Positions 55,822 to 64,000 of a stretch of 64,000 nucleotides of DNA are shown here, in pieces (positions within the stretch are counted from its first letter, which is position 1; each line of letters starts with the position of its first letter). The translations under genes and the position numbers were made by a program. The notes under the pieces were generated by a model. It searched no databases. It saw only the letters and a program-made list of their open reading frames with translations, and was not told the origin of the DNA. Source of the DNA: the human T2T-CHM13v2.0 reference genome, Homo sapiens; NCBI RefSeq assembly GCF_009914755.1, contig NC_060946.1. One strand, given 5' to 3'.

Positions 55822-56130
55822 CGAAGCTGCACCCTTGGAGGAGGGAACATCTGACGAAGTTCAATGCTTGGGGAAAACAATATCTGGAAAGATTGAACAG
55901 TCAGCAGGAGAAACACCTAGGAAAATTACAAGACCTGTGAAAAAAAATCTGAGAAATTTGCATGGCCACAAGAAAGACCTACAAAGACCACATGTGAGGA
56001 AGAAGAAACATCTGTAAAGACTGAATGCGTGGCAGGAGTAACATCTAATAAAATTGAAGTTTTGGAAGAAGGAACATCTAAGATGATCACATGTCCTACA
56101 AAAAAACAGCTACAAAAGCAAGTACAAATG
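55822..56130 (+). pseudogene. ANKRD30B-like exon 7, 3' part (after the provirus), frameshifted
   Basis: EAAPLEEGTSDEVQCLGKTISGKIEQSAGETPRKITRPVK..., then KTECVAGVTSNKIEVLEEGTSKMITCPT in a shifted frame; donor ATG|gtaaga at 56131. Confidence 0.88.
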
Positions 56131-56893
56131 GTAAGATGCTTGAGTGAACTTTGTAGAGTTTATTGGCACTTTGGGTTCCCTAGTGGAAATAGTGTGGTAT
56201 GGGAGTAGTCGGGAATGGCTTGAATGTCTAGATAAGGCAAGCTTAGGCAACACATTTTAATAGTGTAGAAATGAGTAGATCTTATTCTGTAGGCCCTGGA
56301 AAAATTCCCAGAATACTTCTGGCTGTAAATATTAGATGAACTAACTAACAATTGCTAAAACCATAGAAACCAAAGTTGTTTTGGTGGTAAAGGGATATTA
56401 TAGGATCTCACTCTCTCCCCCCATTATTAGTTGTGCTATCAGCAGCGTTTTGTTCATGTCTCCTTTCTTGGTTGGCTAATTAGCAACAGCTCCAATCATC
56501 ATGCTAACTAAAGACAATATATGAAGGCTGGGAGGGTTGCTTTTGTTCACATTTTTTTTTTAAATAGGAAGAAAACTTGGAAGCTTGCAGTAATCTTCCT
56601 GTAACATTTTATTTGCTGGATTATACTACATGCTTATTTCTATAGCAATCACTAGGAAACCAAATGTAATTACTGAGATTAGCTTAGAATAATGATTTTT
56701 CTTTTAAGATTGGATAGGGGTAATGGAATAATAAATATCTAAATGAACTTGTGTTTCTGCAGCAATAAAGAATAAGTAATGACTATGCATAGGAAGCCAG
56801 TAAAGTTTTCTGCAGGAACTCAGTGGAAAAGTTTGAGTAGGGGAGTCACAAGATTAGATTTGAGTATCAGGGCATTCTGGTCACGGTATAAAG

Positions 56894-57105
56894 AAGAGAT
56901 TGGCAAACTTTTCCTGTAAAGTGCCAGATAGCGAATATGTTGGGCCATGTGGTCTCTATTACAGCTATTCAACTCTGCCATTGTAGGGTGAAAGGAGTCA
57001 TAGATAATGGATGGGCAAAGAGGCATGATCGTACTCCAATAAAAGTCTGTATAAAAAACATTTAGTAAGCTGAATTTGGCCTGTGGCCTATAGTTTCTGG
57101 CCCTT
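56894..57105. mobile_element. MER58A-like hAT-Charlie MITE
   Basis: GGCAAACTTTTCCTGTAAAGTGCCAGATAG...CAACTCTGCCATTGTAG...TTTGGCCTGTGGCCTATAGTTT matches the recalled MER58A consensus. Confidence 0.75.
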
Positions 57106-60100
57106 CATATAGAAGATAGATGGAGGATAATCACATAAAAAGATTTAAAGATGAAGCTTTTGTAGTAGTTCATGTGATAGTTTTTTTTTTTTTTTGTAAC
57201 CAATCTGTGGCCTAGTATCAATCTATTATGAAAGTTTGATCCGTCAAGGGTAAAATGAATCAAGTTCAGAAGCTCAATTTACACATTTAAACATGTAGGT
57301 CCTTCTTTGGCATTATTTTATTTTGATTAATTTTTTTAACTTAAAAAATAAGAACAGTAATTTGTAGGGTTTCTTTTTCCCTGTGAAATCCATCAGTTAA
57401 GGGGCCACGTTTAACTAGGAAATATAAATATAAAATAAATAAGTACGTATTTCCAGTGGCACTGGAAAGATAAAGCAAAGGCAGAAAAGAGGTGCAGTTA
57501 ATATGGCTTAGTGATAATTGAGTTTAAAAAGCTAGGGGATAGATAAAATCTCAGGTCACTCATAAGTTTTCAGATTGTGCACAAGGATTTACAATGCTCA
57601 TGGGGAAGGAGTAGGAATTTGTCAGGTTAACAGAGAAGTGCAAACAGTCATGGGACAGACCAATAGTTTTCTTCACATGTTGAGTTCAATGAAACATTCA
57701 TGGGGGATACATTCAGTAGGCAATTGGATTATATGCATTTCTAGCTGGAGATAGAACTCTGGTTGAAAATGCAGGCTTAGAATACTTTTATTATAATTAT
57801 TAGGCAAAGCCATAGATCTCAATGAGCTTATCCATGAGGCAGAAGATGTAGAATAAAAAGAAAGCCATTGAGAAAACCCTGGGAATATCAACATTTTACA
57901 AGAGTCAAAGGACTTGGTAAAGGAGGCTGAGCAGTGGTTAAAGAAATGTAGGAGAGGAGTCTGAGAAAGTGATGTTACCAATTTCTTTTAAATGTGAGAA
58001 TTTCAAGCAGTAAAATTACTCAAAAGTCTACTGGATTTAACTTACAAGTTCTTCAGTGGTAATCTGTTCAAAAGAATTATTTTAGAGTTGTTAGGTATAC
58101 TTTTGATGTGATTGATATTTCTGGTATCCAAGAAGAAATCTCCCAAGATCCTACCTAACTTTTTGTAACTAAAGCAGCATACATACACAGGGAGTGGGAA
58201 AATGTCTAGACTGGTGAGTACACATACCAACATTTTTCCAGAATTTTCTTCCTCCTTATTATACCACTTGAGCAAGGGGTTTAGAGATTTTAGACTATAC
58301 TTGGGAATTTGTCTATTTCTCTTGCAGTTCTGTCAATTTTTGTATCATGTATTTTGAAGCATTTGTGTTATTATTACATAAATATTTAGGACAGTTATGT
58401 TTTCTTGATTAATTGAACCCTTTGTCACTATAAAATGACCTTGTTTATTGCTGGTAATATTTTTGCTATGAAATGTACTTTGGTGTTAATACAACCACTC
58501 TTCCTCAGCCTTCTTTTTTCAAGTGTTAGTGTGGTATATCTTGTTTCATCTTTTAACCAATTTTTGTCTTTATATTTAAAGTTTATTTCTTATACACATT
58601 ATACAAGTAAGACTTGCTTTTTTATCCATTCTGACAATCTACCTTTGAGCAGAGGTTTTTAGGCCAGTTTAATTTATAATGTAATTATTGATATGATTAG
58701 AGTTGTCTGTCATCACACTGTTTGATTTCTATTAGTCCCAGATCTTCTTTGCTTTGCTTTTTTTCTTTTTCTGCTTCCTTCAGACTAGTTTAGTAATTTT
58801 TATGATTTAGTTACATATCTGTATATGCATAACTTTTTTAGTTATTAATCTAGTTTTACATTTCTTTATGATTTAGTCATATCTTTTTTGGTATAAGTTT
58901 ATTTGGTATTAGGTATAACTCTTTGTTGTCTTAGTAGTTGCTTTAGGATTTATACTGTATGAATTTACCTCATCACAATCCACCTTCAAGTAATATTATA
59001 TCATATCATAGATGGTATAAGAAATTACAATCATATTTTCATTTCTTTTCTGTCAGCCAGATCCCAGCCTAGATGTGTGGGATTATGGCTTTTGTTAAGT
59101 TTAAAACGTATTTAGCCAATTTTTCCTCAAATTTTTTATTCTGCCTCTCCTCCTACCTATTTGGGGACTTATATATTACCTGCTGGAACTTTGCTCATAG
59201 TTCACTAATGTCTCAAATTTGTGAATCTCTTATTTCATGATGGTGAATTAATCTGTGCTCATATCTACTCAGTGCAGCTTTCATCTCCAGCATTGTAACT
59301 TGTATCTCTACAAGTGCAATTTGGTTTTAAAAAGTATCTTCTATTGCTTAACTTATCTTCTTGATTTTTATAGTAGAATAGAGTTGAGTTACTTATAAAC
59401 AGCTTGATCCTTTTCATTTTTCTTTTTATGGTATGAGCTAACTCCCCATACCCGAGGCAAGGCCTTTCTGAGTATTCATTTTCCTGTGAAGTCTGAGTTT
59501 TCCCAGTCAAATCTATAAAAATAGATGCTCTTCTTGGCACTGTGTGGGCACCAGGTGTGACTTCCTCTAATTTTATAAGCCACCCCCCACCCCCACCCGG
59601 TTTGTTCTTAGGTAGTTTCCTAGCTCACATGCAATTTTCAAAATTTTGCTAAGTACTGACAGGGGGTTTCTTGCCGTTGATTCTGTATCTCTCTCTCCTC
59701 CTCAGTGTTTGTTCTGTAATATCTGTCTGCTTTGGTTTTACCAGACTCTAAGCTTCATCAATGTAACCAGGAGAGTCTGGTAGATCCCACCTCAGTTTTT
59801 TCTTCCTGTGTCATGTCTCGGAATCTCTGTCAAGGCAGGAAGCTGAAACATTCATAAGGTTTGCTTTCTTTCGTGTTTTTTTTTCTGTTTTTCAGGGATT
59901 ATTATCTTCTTTGCCTAATGTACAGTGTCTAAAAAATTGTTTAATGTATTTTGTGTGTTTTGATTTTAGTTATTTTAGCTAAGAAGAAAAATCATACCTG
60001 TTGCTCTCCCTTGGCTAGAGGCAGACTACACTAGAGTTTCAGCACATGCCACAGACTGGCTAAAGTGCTTTCCTTCCTTGTTTGCTCAACTGCTTCCTTT

Positions 60101-60438
60101 TCATTCTTCATTCCTCAGTGTAGCTATACATCCCTCGGGGGAATTTTCCGTGAGCCTAGTATAGATCTAATTCTTAGCAATCTGTTTTCTTACAGTATCT
60201 ATCTGAATTTATAACTGTCACTTTTCTGGAGCTTTGTCTTTTAGCACATTTTAAGTTAAACACAGGCAGAGGTTTTGCTTTTATCTGTTTAATCTGCAGA
60301 GCTTAGTATAATGCCTTCTACCTGGTAGGCAATCAATATATATTTGTTCAGTGTATGAATTAGTGATTTTTAAAATATGCAGTTCTTTTTATCCCAAAAG
60401 TACTAATACATTTTATTTCTATCTCCTCCTTGAGACAG

Positions 60439-60985
60439 ATTCAACTAGCCTATCAAAAATCTTGGATGCAGTTCTTTCTTGTGAAAGAGCAAGGGAACTT
60501 AAAAAATATCCCTGTGAGCCAGGTGCTGTGGCTCATGCCTGTAATCCCATCACTTTGGGAGGCCAAGGCGGGCAGATCATGAGGTCAGGAGATCAAGACC
60601 ATCCTTGCTAACACAGTGAAACCCCGTCTCTACTAAAAATACAAAAAAAAAAAATATTAGCCGGGCATGGTGGCGGGTGCCTGTAGTCCCAGCTACTCAG
60701 GAGGCTGAGGCAGGAGAATGGCGTGAACCCAGGAGGTGGAGCTTGCAGTGAGTGGAGAACCCACCACTGCACTCCAGCCTAGGCAACAGAGAGAGACTCC
60801 GTCAAAAAAAAAAAAAAAAAAAAAAAAGATAAAAAAGAAAAAAAATCCCTGTGAACAACTTACAGCAAAAATGAAACAAATGAAAAATAAGCTTCGTGTA
60901 CTACAAAATGAACTATCAGAACCAAAAGAAATAAAATCATAGAGAATCAAAAAGTTAAAAGAGAACAAGAGCTCTGCAGTCTGAG
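60439..60985 (+). pseudogene. ANKRD30-family coiled-coil exon interrupted by an Alu
   Basis: gagacag|AT; (D)[26 protein letters not shown] [Alu] QLTAKMKQMKNKLRVLQNELSEPKEIKS* (TAG 60940-60942); donor GAG|gtatga. Confidence 0.88.
60518..60837 (+). mobile_element. AluY-like element inserted in a coding exon
   Basis: Full-length Alu with A tail; 17-bp TSD AAAAAATATCCCTGTGA (60501-60517) and AAAAAAAATCCCTGTGA (60838-60854). Confidence 0.92.
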
Positions 60986-62246
60986 GTATGATATACTAGT
61001 ATATAGGATACTTTTTGTACTAGCTGACTTACCTTCTGAGGTTTAACTGGAGAAAGAAATCTCTGTCTTGTAGAGTGTCAAATTCATTTAAATAATACAA
61101 GTTCTTAACTGTGAATACATCTCCTGATAATTAAATACTTATTTATTTAAATCACAATTTTAATGGCTACATAGAAGGCCATTATTCGGAAACCCCATTA
61201 TTTACTTAACAAATTAATTTTTTATTTTTAATTTTTTTGTGTTATAATAAGTGTTGCAAGGCATAACTGCATGTAAATCCTTTTGTACCATTCTAATTAT
61301 TGACTTGGAATAAATTCTTCAATATAAAAATATTTGGTTAAATTATAGGAAGTTTTTAAGAAGTTCTTTGTTCATTACTTCTAAATTGTTCCCAAGAAAA
61401 TTTATATTCATTTATAGTTCAACAAAGGGAGTGTGAAACGGCCATTCCTCTACCCCCAATAATCATTTTCCTTTAATTATACACTTTTAATCTTAATATG
61501 CATGGAGTATAAAGAAAAATACAGAGTAATTTATGACTAGTATATTCAACATCTCTCTCTCTCCTAAATAAATAAAATTAATTCCGAGTTCTATGTTAAA
61601 AATACTTATTATTTTTATTTTAAATTAAATATTATATTCTGTCTTATTCTAAAAGAGATTTAAAATTTTTGATAAAATATATAATAATCAACAGATACAT
61701 TTAAAGTATTACTAAAAAAAGAAACAAAAGATATATGGGATAACAGATATTAGATTCTCTAGCCTAGTCTCAGATTTTAATATTATAATTATTTTTAAGG
61801 ATACTTGCCTTATTTTATGAAGATGAATATTTATGTCTAATAAATATGTAAACTTGTTTATAAAAAGTAACGTCATTTTAATTAGTTAACTCTAAATGAT
61901 CTGTCCTCATTGAGGAGTAATTTTGACTGTTATATTTTTAAAATAATAATTTTCAACTTATAACTTTACTGGATAGCTTCCAGTATTCTTTTCCATAACA
62001 GTTGTTGAAGTTACTAGTAACAGAATCTTTCTAACTAGAAGATATTCTTTTCTCACTATTGTTCAAGCATGTGTGTCATTTGGAAGAGAGTTCAGTAATA
62101 AAATACCTCAGAACTAGAAAGGAAAAACGTATTCAAGAATATAAGAATTTCATTGGAATAATAAACCGATATAGGAAGAAGTAGATCTCAAAGTGAATTC
62201 TATTTTCTAACAAAATGAATTTTAAGATAAGTATATTTAATGGCAG

Positions 62247-62423
62247 ATTGACTTTAAAACAAGAATAAGAGAAGAAATGCCAATATATTAAAAGAAAAAA
62301 TAGGAAAGAATTAGGAAAATTCGAAGAGCTGCAAAAGAAAAAGTTAGAAGTGAAGCAACTTGAACTCGCTCTCCGAATATACAAGATATGGAATTGAAGA
62401 TGGTAAGAAGTAATTTGAATCAG
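62247..62423 (+). pseudogene. ANKRD30-family coiled-coil exon, degraded
   Basis: tggcag|A TTG ACT TTA AAA CAA GAA TAA (stop 62266-62268); shifted-frame KIGKELGKFEELQKKKLEVKQLELALRI; ends AATCAG|ctcaat (donor lost). Confidence 0.85.
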
Positions 62424-62519
62424 CTCAATCAATCGCTGGTAAAAATTTTATATTTCTAACTTTATTTCATCAATATTACTTTTAATATCCATTCGATTTA
62501 GTAGGTATTATTCAGAATT

Positions 62520-63950
<1,431 letters not shown>

Positions 63951-64000
63951 GTAGGAATAAATTTTATGGTATTTTAATTAATTTAAATGTAAAAAACTAA

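Noticed and set aside
58094-58219. Possible extra + strand exon ending CTG|gtgagt at ~58213
   Set aside because: Strong donor, but no clear acceptor or ANKRD30-like translation; insufficient support.

Overview
Primate genomic DNA, almost certainly human (a Yb-lineage Alu is present). It is AT-rich and repeat-dense, typical of a segmental duplication. The main feature is a + strand ANKRD30B/ANKRD30BL-type ankyrin-repeat pseudogene (ANKRD30BP2-like). It starts in a CpG-rich promoter (ATG at 29584), and its exons can be traced to 62423. Its seventh exon is split by a ~12.7-kb HERV-IP10-like (LTR10-type) provirus at 43146-55821 with a 4-bp CGAA target-site duplication (TSD), and the first three LTR bases form the in-frame stop codon. 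The provirus carries a 5'-truncated L1PA2/3 fused in frame to gag, plus an Alu at the same target site. Also present: a HERV-K LTR5 solo LTR, a MER61-like solo LTR, Tigger and MER58 DNA transposons, a U6 retrocopy, ~35 Alus and old L1/L2/MIR fragments. The least-explained signal is a chain of phase-compatible, splice-site-bounded exon-like segments on the minus strand (~22.4 kb down to the window start). It looks like a decayed multi-exon gene lying head-to-head with the ANKRD30 copy. Repeat subfamily names and protein comparisons come from recalled consensus sequences, not from a database search.
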